Origin: Gammaproteobacteria bacterium
GTDB lineage: Bacteria; Pseudomonadota; Gammaproteobacteria; Ga0077536
Assembly: GCA_963662545.2 (NCBI GenBank)
Contig: CAXXLL010000002.1
Coordinates: 800,001-864,000, forward strand
Reading direction: 5' to 3'
Length of the DNA: 64,000 bases
The notes beneath the pieces are model-generated. The model did not search any database. It was not told the origin of the DNA and worked only from the letters and a program-made list of their open reading frames with translations. The position numbers were made by a program, and so were the translations under genes. Shown one piece after another: positions 1-9,688 of the stretch. Numbering within the stretch: position 1 is the first letter of the stretch; each line of letters starts with the position of its first letter.

Positions 1-2
1 TT

Positions 3-449
3 GCAGCGGTGTATTTCCCGCTGCACGTCGCCTACTTCCGTGGGTTTGTATTACCGCGACTTGGCGTGCGCGACGTTCAGATTTTTCACGCCTTCCGTCT
101 GGCCAGGCTGCATCATTATTTGCTGGTGGTACTGTTCAAGGCGCCGAACCTGCTGGGCGCTATGCTCGTCTACACGCTCGCGCTGAATCTGTTTAACGTC
201 GATGTAGCCTTCGGTCAAATGCTCGCGTTTCTTCCTGTTATTTTTCTGGCGGCGGCGTTGCCGTTGCCATTCCACGCCGGTGCACTGCTGCTGTGGACGG
301 TGCTGTTCCCCGATTATCCGGAGATCGGCGCATTCAGTCTCGTAATGCACACATTCTTTGTGCTGTTCAACGGGGCGATTGGCTTGTTGTTTCTCCCCTG
401 GGCGAACCGCGAATTGTTTGGTGAACCGACGGAGGAGGTCGAGGCCTGA
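3..449 (+). CDS. Membrane protein, C-terminal part (lysylphosphatidylglycerol synthase TM/flippase-like); truncated by window edge
   Basis: Frame open from the window start. Several hydrophobic helices and an FLPVIFLAAALPLP segment typical of UPF0104-like proteins; adjacent to a CDP-alcohol phosphatidyltransferase. Confidence 0.5.
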   Translation, partial: AAVYFPLHVAYFRGFVLPRLGVRDVQIFHAFRLARLHHYLLVVLFKAPNLLGAMLVYTLALNLFNVDVAFGQMLAFLPVIFLAAALPLPFHAGALLLWTVLFPDYPEIGAFSLVMHTFFVLFNGAIGLLFLPWANRELFGEPTEEVEA

Positions 450-463
450 TGGAACCGGCGGTT

Positions 464-1024
464 TCAGGGCATCCGCTGCGCACGCAGAAAATGGATTGCG
501 CGCTCGGCTATCGAGACCAGCGTTGTAGCCACGAGTAGCCAACCGAGGGCTCGGAGCGCTGCAATGAAAACCGCATCGTTTGCGTAATGATGGACGATGA
601 TGGCCAGGGCGGTGACGACAAAATACGCCATGCCATTGCAGCGTCCAATGCGGGACCGCCGAAAGCTGGCGCCTTCCAGGACATGCGAGTCCAACAGGTA
701 CTGAATGAACGCGATCGCAATCAACAGCGGCAAGAGCGGTGGCAACAGACCAAGATATGCATAAACCGCGGATACAGCAGTGACGAAAACGGCGTCCGAG
801 CCATGGTCAAGCAGCGTGCCAATGCGAGATACCTGCTGCGAACGCCGCGCGACGAAGCCGTCGAGCACATCGGTGACCACGACGAGACAGAAAATTCCGA
901 TCGCCACCACGCCCGCGCCAGTCAGGATCGCCCAGACGATCACGGGTATGAGCGCAATCCTCGAGAGGCTCAGCGAATTGGGCAGCGTCAGTAAGTTCAT
1001 CCGCTCGAGATCAGGTTCCGACAT
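464..1024 (-). CDS. CDP-alcohol phosphatidyltransferase family protein (PgsA-like)
   Basis: LPNSLSLSR N-terminus and signature TDVLDGFVAR...GTLLDHGSD (DGxxARxxxxxxxxGxxxDxxxD). Confidence 0.9.
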   Translation of the reverse strand: MSEPDLERMNLLTLPNSLSLSRIALIPVIVWAILTGAGVVAIGIFCLVVVTDVLDGFVARRSQQVSRIGTLLDHGSDAVFVTAVSAVYAYLGLLPPLLPLLIAIAFIQYLLDSHVLEGASFRRSRIGRCNGMAYFVVTALAIIVHHYANDAVFIAALRALGWLLVATTLVSIAERAIHFLRAQRMP

Positions 1025-1083
1025 GGTTTGCAGTGTACTTCTTAAGACGCGGCCAACCGATCGCCGCAGGCGACGGGTTCATC

Positions 1084-2004
1084 ATGACTAGCGTGCTGGT
1101 CACCGGTGCCAACGGTCATCTCGGGCGACGGCTGATCAGCGCGTTGCCGCAAGATTATGAAATCGAAGCCTTGGTGCGTAGCGATCGCGCCCGGCGGATC
1201 TTGCTGAGGCACGTAGGGAAAATGCAGCGGTTGAACGTGACGATCGCCGATCCCAGCGATGCGGCCGCTGTCGCAGATGTGGCCTCGCACTGCGACAAGG
1301 CAGTCCATTTAATCGGCACGATCAGGGAAACACGGGACGATCAATATCTCGATGCCCACGAGCGCCCGGCGCAGGCGCTGACCGAAGCCGCCGCACGAGG
1401 TGCCATCGAGCACATTGTCACTATCAGCATTCTCGGTGCCGATGCGGCCAGTCCGAGCCGATGCCTGCGCTCGCGGGCGGCAGCGGAAGCAATCCTGCTG
1501 GCCGCAACGACGCCGGTTACGGTGATTCGAGTACCGATGGTCCTGGGTGAGGCAGACCGCGCGAGCCTGGCTCTGGCGAACCGTGCGGCGGCCAAACGCG
1601 TCTTCCTCTTACACGCTGCAAGCCTCGAACAACCCATCTATGCGGGCGATGTCATAAACACCGTACGGAACGCGTTGCGCTTTAAGGCGCCCGCGAATCG
1701 GGTGTTCGACCTCGCAGGTCCTGAATCGCTGTCACGGCGCGAACTCGTAACGCGTGCGGCGGCCAGCTTGAATCGCGAACCGTCGATCCATTCGCTGCCG
1801 CTGGCCCTGGGCTTAGCGCTCGCCGGCCTTTTCGAATTGTTTCGAGCCAGCCCGCCTGTGACGCGCGAAATGCTCAAGGTGCTCGATCACGACGATGCCG
1901 TCGATCCAAGCGCCGCTGCGGCGGCACTGGGGCTGACGCTGACGCCGCTCCACGAGACGCTGCGGCTATGTGTGAAGAATCGTCCGGCTCAGGAAGCGAC
2001 CTGA
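1084..2004 (+). CDS. NAD(P)-dependent epimerase/dehydratase, atypical SDR (NDUFA9-like)
   Basis: VLVTGANGHLG Rossmann motif directly after ATG 1084; QPIYAGDV and LAGPESLS motifs. Confidence 0.85.
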   Translation: MTSVLVTGANGHLGRRLISALPQDYEIEALVRSDRARRILLRHVGKMQRLNVTIADPSDAAAVADVASHCDKAVHLIGTIRETRDDQYLDAHERPAQALTEAAARGAIEHIVTISILGADAASPSRCLRSRAAAEAILLAATTPVTVIRVPMVLGEADRASLALANRAAAKRVFLLHAASLEQPIYAGDVINTVRNALRFKAPANRVFDLAGPESLSRRELVTRAAASLNREPSIHSLPLALGLALAGLFELFRASPPVTREMLKVLDHDDAVDPSAAAAALGLTLTPLHETLRLCVKNRPAQEAT

Positions 2005-2492
2005 TAGCGCAGCATCACCCGCGCGCCATTCGCGAGGCCGTCGCGGAAGCGCGGCCCCCAGGAATCCCAACCGCTTGCGTACTTGCGACCGAATTTGGCG
2101 AGCAGTTCCGAATGAACGGCGGTATCGGTTTCGAACCGTCCTTCGATTTCGAGGTACGGTGCGGAACGATAGCGATCATCAGCGCGTTTCCAGACGCCGA
2201 ACTCGCCGATCCAGATCTTCGCGCGCTTAAAGCCGCGCCGCACCGCTTCGGCACGCCAAGTGTCCGCTTCTGTGATCACGAAGATTTCCTTTTGGTGATG
2301 CACGAACCAGACTTCGCTGTGGCAGGCGCTCTCCCGCCCACCCGAGACCACCGGCGTTAAATAGATGAGTTGGGACTTGTCGAGTGCGGCGACCGCTGGC
2401 GACTCGGCTGCGAATGCAATGCGTGAAGTGCTCCACGCTGAAATCAGCAGTGCTGCGCTGCTGGCCAGGGCCTGTCTGCGATTGACGGTCAT
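1989..2492 (-). CDS. Tat-exported hypothetical protein with possible split-barrel (flavin/deazaflavin-binding) fold
   Basis: Twin-arginine signal NRRQAL and AFA cleavage site. EVWFV and AKFGRKY motifs resemble PNPOx/DUF385-like proteins. Confidence 0.55.
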   Translation of the reverse strand: MTVNRRQALASSAALLISAWSTSRIAFAAESPAVAALDKSQLIYLTPVVSGGRESACHSEVWFVHHQKEIFVITEADTWRAEAVRRGFKRAKIWIGEFGVWKRADDRYRSAPYLEIEGRFETDTAVHSELLAKFGRKYASGWDSWGPRFRDGLANGARVMLRYQVAS

Positions 2493-2681
2493 GATCGGTG
2501 CCTCCTCCGTTTCTGGATACGAAGATTAATACAGTGGCGCGGGAGTTCACAGCATCGAGATTGGGGAAGGGATCCCAAATTACTTAATGTGTCGTCGCCG
2601 TAGGGAATAGGACCCGAAATCGCTTTCGTCCACCGCCAGATAGACCTTTCTCGATTCTCCAACCACAATAGTCAGGAGAAT

Positions 2682-2942
2682 TTGGAGACAGTTTTGAAGC
2701 CATTGCTCAAATGGGGTAGCGTAATAATCGCGCTATTCGCAATGGTGATCGTGCTTCAAATCATGGCATCGGAAAGCGGGGAAGTGGTTGTGATCACTAC
2801 CCGAGACGCAGCCGGTGACGCCAGGGACACGAGATTATGGGTGCTGGATCATCAAGGCAGTGCCTGGCTGCGATCGGGTTCTCCACATTCGGGCTGGTAT
2901 CAACGCACGCTCGCGAACCCACAGATCGGTGTGCAACGATGA
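2682..2942 (+). pseudogene. Truncated split-barrel/nitroreductase-like (DUF385-like) membrane-anchored protein
   Basis: N-terminal TM helix followed by ESGEVVVITT..TRLWVLD..WLRSG..GWY..LANP. It stops at 86 aa exactly where a 16-bp tandem duplication begins. Confidence 0.5.
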
Positions 2943-2972
2943 AAAAAAATTTCGACGAAAAAAAATTTCGAC
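2941..2972. repeat. 16-bp tandem direct repeat (GAAAAAAAATTTCGAC x2)
   Basis: Read directly at 2941-2956 and 2957-2972. Confidence 0.9.
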
Positions 2973-3008
2973 GCAATAAAAGCAGACTGGCTAACGCGAC
3001 CGTGGTGG

Positions 3009-3392
3009 ATGAACCTGATTTTCTACTTCTGTGTGTACATGACCTTCGTCTACCTGCCGTTCGATCTGTTTTGGAAACCGGTGGCTGCGGATCATGAAAT
3101 TTGGTTTGGGTTTGCCTTGACCGGCTGGTGGGCCAAGGTGACCGAACCCCTGCACTGGCTCATTTACGGCGCTGGAGCGTATGGTTTTTGGAAAATGAAG
3201 CCCTGGATGTGGCCCTGGGCCGCGGTCTACAGCGCTCAGGTGGTCATCGCCATGTTCGTTTGGAACATCGTCAATGACAATGGCCGTGGTTGGCTTGCGG
3301 GCGCCATAGCCGCGACAATTTTCGCCGTACCCATGGTGGCGCTGTGGCGGGCTAAGCCTCGCTTTGGTAATGCGGAGGGTGTCTCCACCTGA
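3009..3392 (+). CDS. Hypothetical integral membrane protein
   Basis: 127 aa, about 4 Trp-rich hydrophobic helices, coding-like codon usage. Confidence 0.7.
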   Translation: MNLIFYFCVYMTFVYLPFDLFWKPVAADHEIWFGFALTGWWAKVTEPLHWLIYGAGAYGFWKMKPWMWPWAAVYSAQVVIAMFVWNIVNDNGRGWLAGAIAATIFAVPMVALWRAKPRFGNAEGVST

Positions 3393-3592
3393 TTGCCCAA
3401 CGTACGACGATTTTGTCTAAAAAAGGTACCGTGCATTCAATAAATCCGTCATTTACGCCAATGACACGGAAACCGGATGCTGGTGAAGCCGGCCGGCGAG
3501 CAGGCGGTGCGAATATTCCCCGTACTTTCCCTAAAAACAGCGAAGCGCAGGTAGTCCGAGGTTTACTCCAACGCTAAAGTATAAATAAAAAC

Positions 3593-4977
3593 GGGTCTAC
3601 GCGGAAACGTGTGGGTTGATATTGGCATTTCTGGGTAGTGGCGGAAGAAATGCCGCAATGATTTTCAGTTTGAGGAATTCCTCATCACGATAGCCATAGG
3701 CGCGTCGTTGCAGGACCCGGATTTTGTTGTTGACCCCTTCGACCAATCCAAGACTGACTTTATTCTTAGCATCACAATAGGAAGCAATGCCATCCCAATG
3801 GGATTCAATCAGCTCAGCAAACTTGCGATACGGCGCCAATCGCTGCCATTTCAGACTGTCCTTCCAGCGCTCGAAAAAGGCACGCGCGCCGCGCTCGGTA
3901 CGGTAGTCCCAGAGTTGGCCGAAGGTTTCCTTGAGGACGTAGGCGGTGTTCAGACGCCGGTTGGCCTGGAGCAGTTTTTTCAGGGCTCGTCTGCCATCCA
4001 GATTCAGGTTCTCGCGTCGCGAGAGCAAGGTATATCGCTGGCCTTTGATGTAACTCCTGTCCTTGCCGCGGAGACGTTTGTATTCACGGCGCCGGACTTC
4101 ATCGAGAGCCTTTGAGAGGTGGCGCATGATATGGAACTTGTCATAGATGATCCGCGCCTGCGGTGCGTTGTTCATGACCGAGTTACGGAACGGCTTCCAC
4201 ATGTCCATCGCCGCCAGTTCGATGCGAGCGCTCTTGTTCTCGCCCAATGCCTGGAAAAACAGGTCGATGTCAGCCTCTTTGCGACCTTCACCACCGACCC
4301 AGATAGGACGCCCCCGATCCAGGTCACTGACGATGACCCGGTAGTTATGTCCTTTGCGGATGGAGATCTCATCAATACCGATGGCCCGGGGTGCTGGCAT
4401 GCCCGCCAGCTCAACCTGCTTTTGCATGTACAGCTTATCGAGGTCTTTCACCGTGCTGTGGTGCAGGCGTTCCCTCTCGGCGACAGCCTGGTTCGGCATG
4501 TCCCGGCACAGCTTGCCCACCTGCATGGCAAAGCGCTGCGTATAGCGAGGGTTCTTTGCCAGCCAGTCAAGATGTTCTACCTGCACGCCGCCGCACCTCC
4601 GGCAACTGACACGCCAGCGTTCGAACTCCAGGTAGATTCGCCATCCGGCAACTGACAGGTCTCGTACTCGCAGCACCTTCTTGTCGTAACGCCCGCGGCA
4701 CCGGTGAGCACAGTGAGAACAGATCGCTGTTTTTTTCGCCTCTTGAGTTGGATCACACGGGCATACCGATCACCAAACATGCCCACCAATTTCGATGCGG
4801 CGGTAAAACCAGGGAACGCAAACAGCGCTCGGATCGACTTGGGATTCTTCATGGCCTTAGCCTACCCACAAAATGAAACCACTTTCACCCCATACGAAAT
4901 CTCTGAATGTCTACATGATTTCAATGGTTTACACTTGGTCTAATTCAGAATTTACCCACATGAATCCGCGTAGACCC
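3593..4977 (-). mobile_element. ISL3-family insertion sequence (1385 bp)
   Basis: Terminal IRs GGGTCTACGCGGAAACGTGTGGGT (3593-3616) and GGGTCTACGCGGATTCATGTGGGT (rc 4954-4977), 21/24 identical. AT-rich flanks, no matching TSD. Confidence 0.92.
3597..4852 (-). CDS. ISL3 transposase in two frames joined by a -1 shift at A7 (4730-4736)
   Basis: IGIDEIS, AAMDMWKPF, YDKFHI and VEGVNNKIRVLQRRAYG motifs. The -1 shift joins ...KRRKK to TAICSHCAH..CRRCG (zinc finger), giving about 418 aa. Confidence 0.88.
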
Positions 4978-5140
4978 AACAAATAGTTACATAAATTAAG
5001 GAGCCCTGGAATTCGCTCGTTTAACGATTATTGACACAGTCACGTTGGCCAATGATCCAGGAAAACGCTAAGCATTTTAAGCTGTTAGAAACCCAACGAG
5101 GCCGCCGTGCCTACCCACTCGCCCTCACCAAAATCAACCG

Positions 5141-5200
5141 GAGTTATAACTGAATCTGGTGTTTGAGCGAATTGAATAAAGGCGGTGTATCTGGTTGAAA
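5141..5200 (+). mobile_element. Isolated left end of the IS256 element found at 26744
   Basis: 59/60 identical to 26744-26803. Confidence 0.9.
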
Positions 5201-5210
5201 AAGGCCTCCT

Positions 5211-6028
5211 AAAGGTGACGGAGGGATTAAATTTTGACCAGTTGTTTATTGGCATCCTTTCGCGGCCTGCCTCGTGACAAATATCCCATCGGTAATCCGA
5301 ATCGATTCGCCATACGCTTTCTAAAAGATTCATCTCCAATCGGCTGCGAATAGTGTCCGGCCCTCCTAATGAGTGCCAGGTCATCGTCGCTGAGCGTCTG
5401 TGCGAACAATGCACGATAGGCCGCGACACGCGATTCATCGTCTGAGGCGAGATTCATATACACCGCGTGCGGCACCAACCACGACCGTCCTGCCGATGTA
5501 TTCAGAACATATGAGGACCAATTGTAGTCGCCGGGTGCGGAAACCATCCCTGCGCGTACCGGATTCAACTCGACGTATAAATAGCACTGCAATAAATAGT
5601 TATCCGAGTCGATGAGGCTCGATCGGTGCCGGCCCTCCCATAATGTCCCCGTTCGTTTGCAACTTCGATTGAAGTAATATGCATAGCGACTGCCCACCAC
5701 CTTCATCGTATTTGAAATGCTATCGGTTTCGATGCTGCTGACAATGAAATGAATGTGATTGGACATGAGGCAATAGGCGTGAACGTCAACGCCATACCAG
5801 CGCGACTTCTCACGCCACAGATCGAGATACGTCAAGAAATCGTCCGCTTCTCGAAAACAGCGCTGACGGTTATTACCTCGTTGGACGAGGTGGTAGGGCA
5901 TCCCGGGCAGGTAATTCCTTTTTCTTCGGGGCATCGCAAATCCTTCTGCGATTGGGCAAGGCAGTTAAGCTTAAACGAGACGCGGGGTATTTCCAATTTG
6001 GTTAATTTTTAATCCCTCCGTCACCTTT
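5211..6028 (-). mobile_element. RAYT-type element bounded by 21-bp perfect inverted repeats
   Basis: AAAGGTGACGGAGGGATTAAA at 5211-5231 and its exact reverse complement at 6008-6028; imperfect similarity extends about 9 bp inward. Confidence 0.8.
5227..5934 (-). CDS. REP-associated tyrosine transposase (RAYT, Y1/HUH)
   Basis: HLVQRGNNR, YCLMSNHIH (HUH), GTLWEGR, YVELNPVRAGMV and YNWSSY motifs. Confidence 0.92.
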   Translation of the reverse strand: MPRRKRNYLPGMPYHLVQRGNNRQRCFREADDFLTYLDLWREKSRWYGVDVHAYCLMSNHIHFIVSSIETDSISNTMKVVGSRYAYYFNRSCKRTGTLWEGRHRSSLIDSDNYLLQCYLYVELNPVRAGMVSAPGDYNWSSYVLNTSAGRSWLVPHAVYMNLASDDESRVAAYRALFAQTLSDDDLALIRRAGHYSQPIGDESFRKRMANRFGLPMGYLSRGRPRKDANKQLVKI

Positions 6029-6131
6029 TACCCTTTTAAGAAAAACGCCGTAAGCCCGTAAAGGAATCGGAAATACGACGGGATTCACCTACGCGGCTTG
6101 CTATTTCTCCCGGCCGGCCGTCACCTTTTGC

Positions 6132-7331
6132 TTAATCCTCGTAGATCTCCGCAGGCAACAGATCGTGGATTGGATCCAGGAGGAATTTGAGATGCGCTTC
6201 AGCCCAAAGCCCGTACCCCACCGGGTTAAAGTGCATGTCGCCTCGATAGTAGTACTTCGCTTGCGCGGTACCCGTGATCGCAGGACGTAATGCTTCGAAT
6301 GAATTCAGGTAAGGCACATCGTTTTCGCGCGCGACGCGCTCGATCTCATAGTGCGGCCGGGCCGAAAACGCCGGCTCGCCTGTTCCATCGGTATACCCGG
6401 CAAATTGTTCGTAGTGCGGTACGGCCGTGATCATCAGTTTGATGTCGTTTCGGTTTGTGAATTGCGCAAGGCGGTCCAGGATGTCGAGCGTGTTTTCGAC
6501 GTTTCGCTCGGTACGTTCATCCCATTCTTTGTAATTCCAAGCCCATCGCGGATATAGGTCGGTTGCGGGAGTCTCGAGTTGGGCGGCCGTTGGCTCCGTA
6601 ACGAATTTCGTACGGATGAGGTTGTATGTGTAGGAGTTTTGTATTAGGAAAAGCTCTAGCTTGACGACGAGTTCGCTGGCAACCGGACCCGCCGCCGTAT
6701 CGATATATGCTGCTGCGTAGATGTCACGTGGAGGCGCCGCCCGTGGATTGCCGTCCGCATCCTTGAGTAAAGTTTCTTGGTATTTCCAATCATCGAAGTC
6801 ATCGGTCATATCGACGTTGACGACGATTAAATCTGGTTCGTAATCAGTCAATACGTAGTGGACGAGAATGTAGAAGATCGTCGGGGAGTAGCTCGTTGTC
6901 CCGGTGTTGATCACCTCAAAATTCAAAGAACTGTTCTGCGCCAAATCATTTAGTGCCTGTTCGACTCGACTGGGCACTGATTGATCCATCGGCGCAGTTC
7001 CTTCGGTAAAGGAATCACCCAAATAGAAGATCCGGAATGTATCGGGGGGCCTTATTCTTTTGACGTCGTAATTTTCTAACCAGCCCTGGGTATTGTAAAT
7101 GTGGGTATACGGTTCCGGGTATTCCGGATTCCGCGACACCCATTCAGTATGTAGCGCCGTGGAGCTGGGTTTCCAGGTATGGTTGAGTCTGAATGATGGA
7201 ACCAGATTTGAACCTGGTACCGTAACAAACCGCGAACTGGCGTATTCAACGGCAATGATTAGGATGGTGAGAAATCCTGCGTTCACGCATAACGCGACGA
7301 TGAATATCCACCATTTATTGGAGCCCGGCAT
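6132..7331 (-). CDS. SGNH/GDSL hydrolase (AlgX/AlgJ-like), membrane-anchored
   Basis: N-terminal TM; block I LGDSFTEG and block V GDMHFNPVG (DxH). Confidence 0.85.
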   Translation of the reverse strand: MPGSNKWWIFIVALCVNAGFLTILIIAVEYASSRFVTVPGSNLVPSFRLNHTWKPSSTALHTEWVSRNPEYPEPYTHIYNTQGWLENYDVKRIRPPDTFRIFYLGDSFTEGTAPMDQSVPSRVEQALNDLAQNSSLNFEVINTGTTSYSPTIFYILVHYVLTDYEPDLIVVNVDMTDDFDDWKYQETLLKDADGNPRAAPPRDIYAAAYIDTAAGPVASELVVKLELFLIQNSYTYNLIRTKFVTEPTAAQLETPATDLYPRWAWNYKEWDERTERNVENTLDILDRLAQFTNRNDIKLMITAVPHYEQFAGYTDGTGEPAFSARPHYEIERVARENDVPYLNSFEALRPAITGTAQAKYYYRGDMHFNPVGYGLWAEAHLKFLLDPIHDLLPAEIYED

Positions 7332-7563
7332 AGGATGCAGATTCCGATTTCCATTAATTCAGGATTGATTTCAACACTGTCTACCGAAAAAATCGTTCGG
7401 CTTTTCTGTCGGTGCCGGTCGTCTTCACCCTCCCCATTAAACGGCGGATAAAAACGTGAGCCGTCCTGACCGCATCCTTTATACCCGGTAAGCAAGTAAG
7501 CTCGTCACCTTAAGTATACTGTGCCCCTAATTCTGCGCGATAGGTAAGCGAGGAAAGAACCTC

Positions 7564-8469
7564 ATGCCCACGATCGGTTTTATCGGCACAGGCACCATCG
7601 GCGCACCGATGGCCCTCAAGCTACTCGAACACGAGCACACGATGCTGGTATTCGACATCGATTCGAACGCTACCAAGGCGCACGTTGAACAGGGTGCCCG
7701 GGTGGCTGCGACCGTCGCCGAAATCGCAAAGGCGTGCGCCACCGTATTCCTCTCGCTACCCGGTCCGGCGGAAATTGAAGAGGTCGTTCTCGGCGACGAT
7801 GGGCTCATCAATCATGCGGAGACGCTAGCAACGATCGCCGATCTGTCGACGAATTCCCTGTCGCTCAATCGTCAGATCGCCGATATCGCGCGACGAAAAG
7901 GCATTAGCTATCTGGATACCCCCGTATCGGGCGGCAAGATCGCTGCTCGCGACGGCAGCTTAGCGGTGATGGTCGGTGGTGATGAGGCCGCTTTCGACGA
8001 AATACGCCCTTTAATCGAATGTTTCGGTGAGCACATTTTCTATATGGGGCCGTCCGGGGCCGGTACCTTGACGAAGCTCGTCAACAACCAAATCTTTCTG
8101 TGTGCGAGTGTATTGATTCAAGAAGGCTTCGTCATGGCCGCGAAAGCCGGGATGGATCCGAGCGCCTTGCTCAAGGTGCTTAAGGTCAGTTCCGCAGGTC
8201 CGCTGATGACACGCGCACCCTTAGTTCTATCGCGTAAGTTCGATCTCGACGTATTCGCGCTGTCCATTGCTACGAAAGACGTCGGTGTCGCCCTCGAATC
8301 TGCGCGAGCCGTCGGCGCATCCATGCCGATCACGGAAGCAGCACATGCAGTGTATGAGGACGCACTCGAAAAGGGCTTCGGCAACGAAGATTTCTTCGCG
8401 ACCGTCAAGGTGCTCGAGAACGCCGCAGGCGTGGAGCTTGCGCCGCTCAGAAAGCCCAAAGAAGGATAG
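7564..8469 (+). CDS. Beta-hydroxyacid dehydrogenase (3-hydroxyisobutyrate dehydrogenase family)
   Basis: IGFIGTGTIG, DTPVSGG and KLVNN motifs. Confidence 0.9.
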   Translation: MPTIGFIGTGTIGAPMALKLLEHEHTMLVFDIDSNATKAHVEQGARVAATVAEIAKACATVFLSLPGPAEIEEVVLGDDGLINHAETLATIADLSTNSLSLNRQIADIARRKGISYLDTPVSGGKIAARDGSLAVMVGGDEAAFDEIRPLIECFGEHIFYMGPSGAGTLTKLVNNQIFLCASVLIQEGFVMAAKAGMDPSALLKVLKVSSAGPLMTRAPLVLSRKFDLDVFALSIATKDVGVALESARAVGASMPITEAAHAVYEDALEKGFGNEDFFATVKVLENAAGVELAPLRKPKEG

Positions 8470-8473
8470 CGTA

Positions 8474-9688
8474 GTGAACGCGCCGTACGTCGACCTGTCG
8501 GACTCTCGCAGTTTCGCCAACGGCTTCCCGCACGACTTCTTTACTTGGTTGCGCGAACACGAATCCATTTATTGGCACGAGCCGACGGCCGTCACGCCCG
8601 ATGGCGAAGGCTTCTGGGTCGTGAGCCGGTACCAGGACGTCAACGCCATCATCATGGATCCGAACACCTTTTCCTCCGATAAAGCCGGCGCCCGTACCGG
8701 TGGCGGCACCGCGATCAAGGACGAGATCACCGCCGGCAAGCTGCTCAATCAAACCGACGATCCGTACCACCGGCGCCTGCGGGAACTCGTGAACAAGGGC
8801 TTTACCGTGAAAGCGGTCGCCGCCCTCGAAGACGAACTGCGCGCGCGTACCAGCCGGCTGATGAATTCGCTTGAGATCGGCGAAGAATGCAACTTCGTGA
8901 AGCGGATCTCGCGCGAAATACCGACGCAGGCGATCTGCATCGTGCTCGGCGTGCCGGAGGAAGATCGGATCACGCTTTGCGACTGGCTCGACCGTGGTGT
9001 CGAAACGCCGTCCGACTCCGTGATCGCCGCAGAATACTTGAGCAAATTGCGCCGCTACTCGCAATCGCTGATCGAAGAGAAGCGCGCGCGTCCGCAAACC
9101 GACATTTTCTCAGCGATCGTCCATGCCGAGTTCGAGGCCGACGGCTCCACGCTGACCGATTACGAGCTGCGGTCATTCTTCTCGCTGCTGTTTCCGGCGG
9201 GAGCGGAAACGACTACGCGCTCGATTAGCGGCGGCATGCTCGCGTTTCTTGAAAATCCCGACCAGTGGCAACGCTTGCGCGCCAGGCCGGCACTGTTGAA
9301 AACCACGATCGAAGAAATCGTGCGATGGACCACACCGTCCGTGTATAAGCGCCGCACCGCGACGCACGATACGCGTTTCAAGTGTAAAACCATCAGCGAG
9401 GGCGACAAAGTTACCTTCTGGGAAATGTCTGCCAATCGTGATGAACGCGTTTTCGATCGCCCCTTTGAATTCGACGTCGCGCGCTCGCCCAACAAACACC
9501 TTGGTTTTGGCGCAGGCGTACATTTCTGCCTTGGTGCCGCGCTGGCACGACTCGAGCTCAAAATCGTCTTCGAAGAACTGTTACGGCGCGGTCTCGAGTT
9601 CAAACTCAATGGCGAACCCGAATGGGTCCCCAACAACCGCTTGGTCGGTCTTAAATCGCTACCGGTACGCATTGCATCAGCCGATTAA
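8474..9688 (+). CDS. Cytochrome P450 (CYP124/125/142-like)
   Basis: GFWVVSRY, AGAETT (I-helix), EEIVR and FGAGVHFCLG heme motif. GTG start 5 nt after the upstream stop. Confidence 0.92.
   Translation: MNAPYVDLSDSRSFANGFPHDFFTWLREHESIYWHEPTAVTPDGEGFWVVSRYQDVNAIIMDPNTFSSDKAGARTGGGTAIKDEITAGKLLNQTDDPYHRRLRELVNKGFTVKAVAALEDELRARTSRLMNSLEIGEECNFVKRISREIPTQAICIVLGVPEEDRITLCDWLDRGVETPSDSVIAAEYLSKLRRYSQSLIEEKRARPQTDIFSAIVHAEFEADGSTLTDYELRSFFSLLFPAGAETTTRSISGGMLAFLENPDQWQRLRARPALLKTTIEEIVRWTTPSVYKRRTATHDTRFKCKTISEGDKVTFWEMSANRDERVFDRPFEFDVARSPNKHLGFGAGVHFCLGAALARLELKIVFEELLRRGLEFKLNGEPEWVPNNRLVGLKSLPVRIASAD

Noticed and set aside
6030-7560. Integron attC sites around the SGNH gene
   Set aside because: No RYYYAAC...GTTRRRY boxes with proper symmetry were found, and there is no integrase.
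8267-8473. N-terminal extension of the P450 in the ORF track
   Set aside because: It overlaps the upstream dehydrogenase; the GTG at 8474 gives a normal-length P450.
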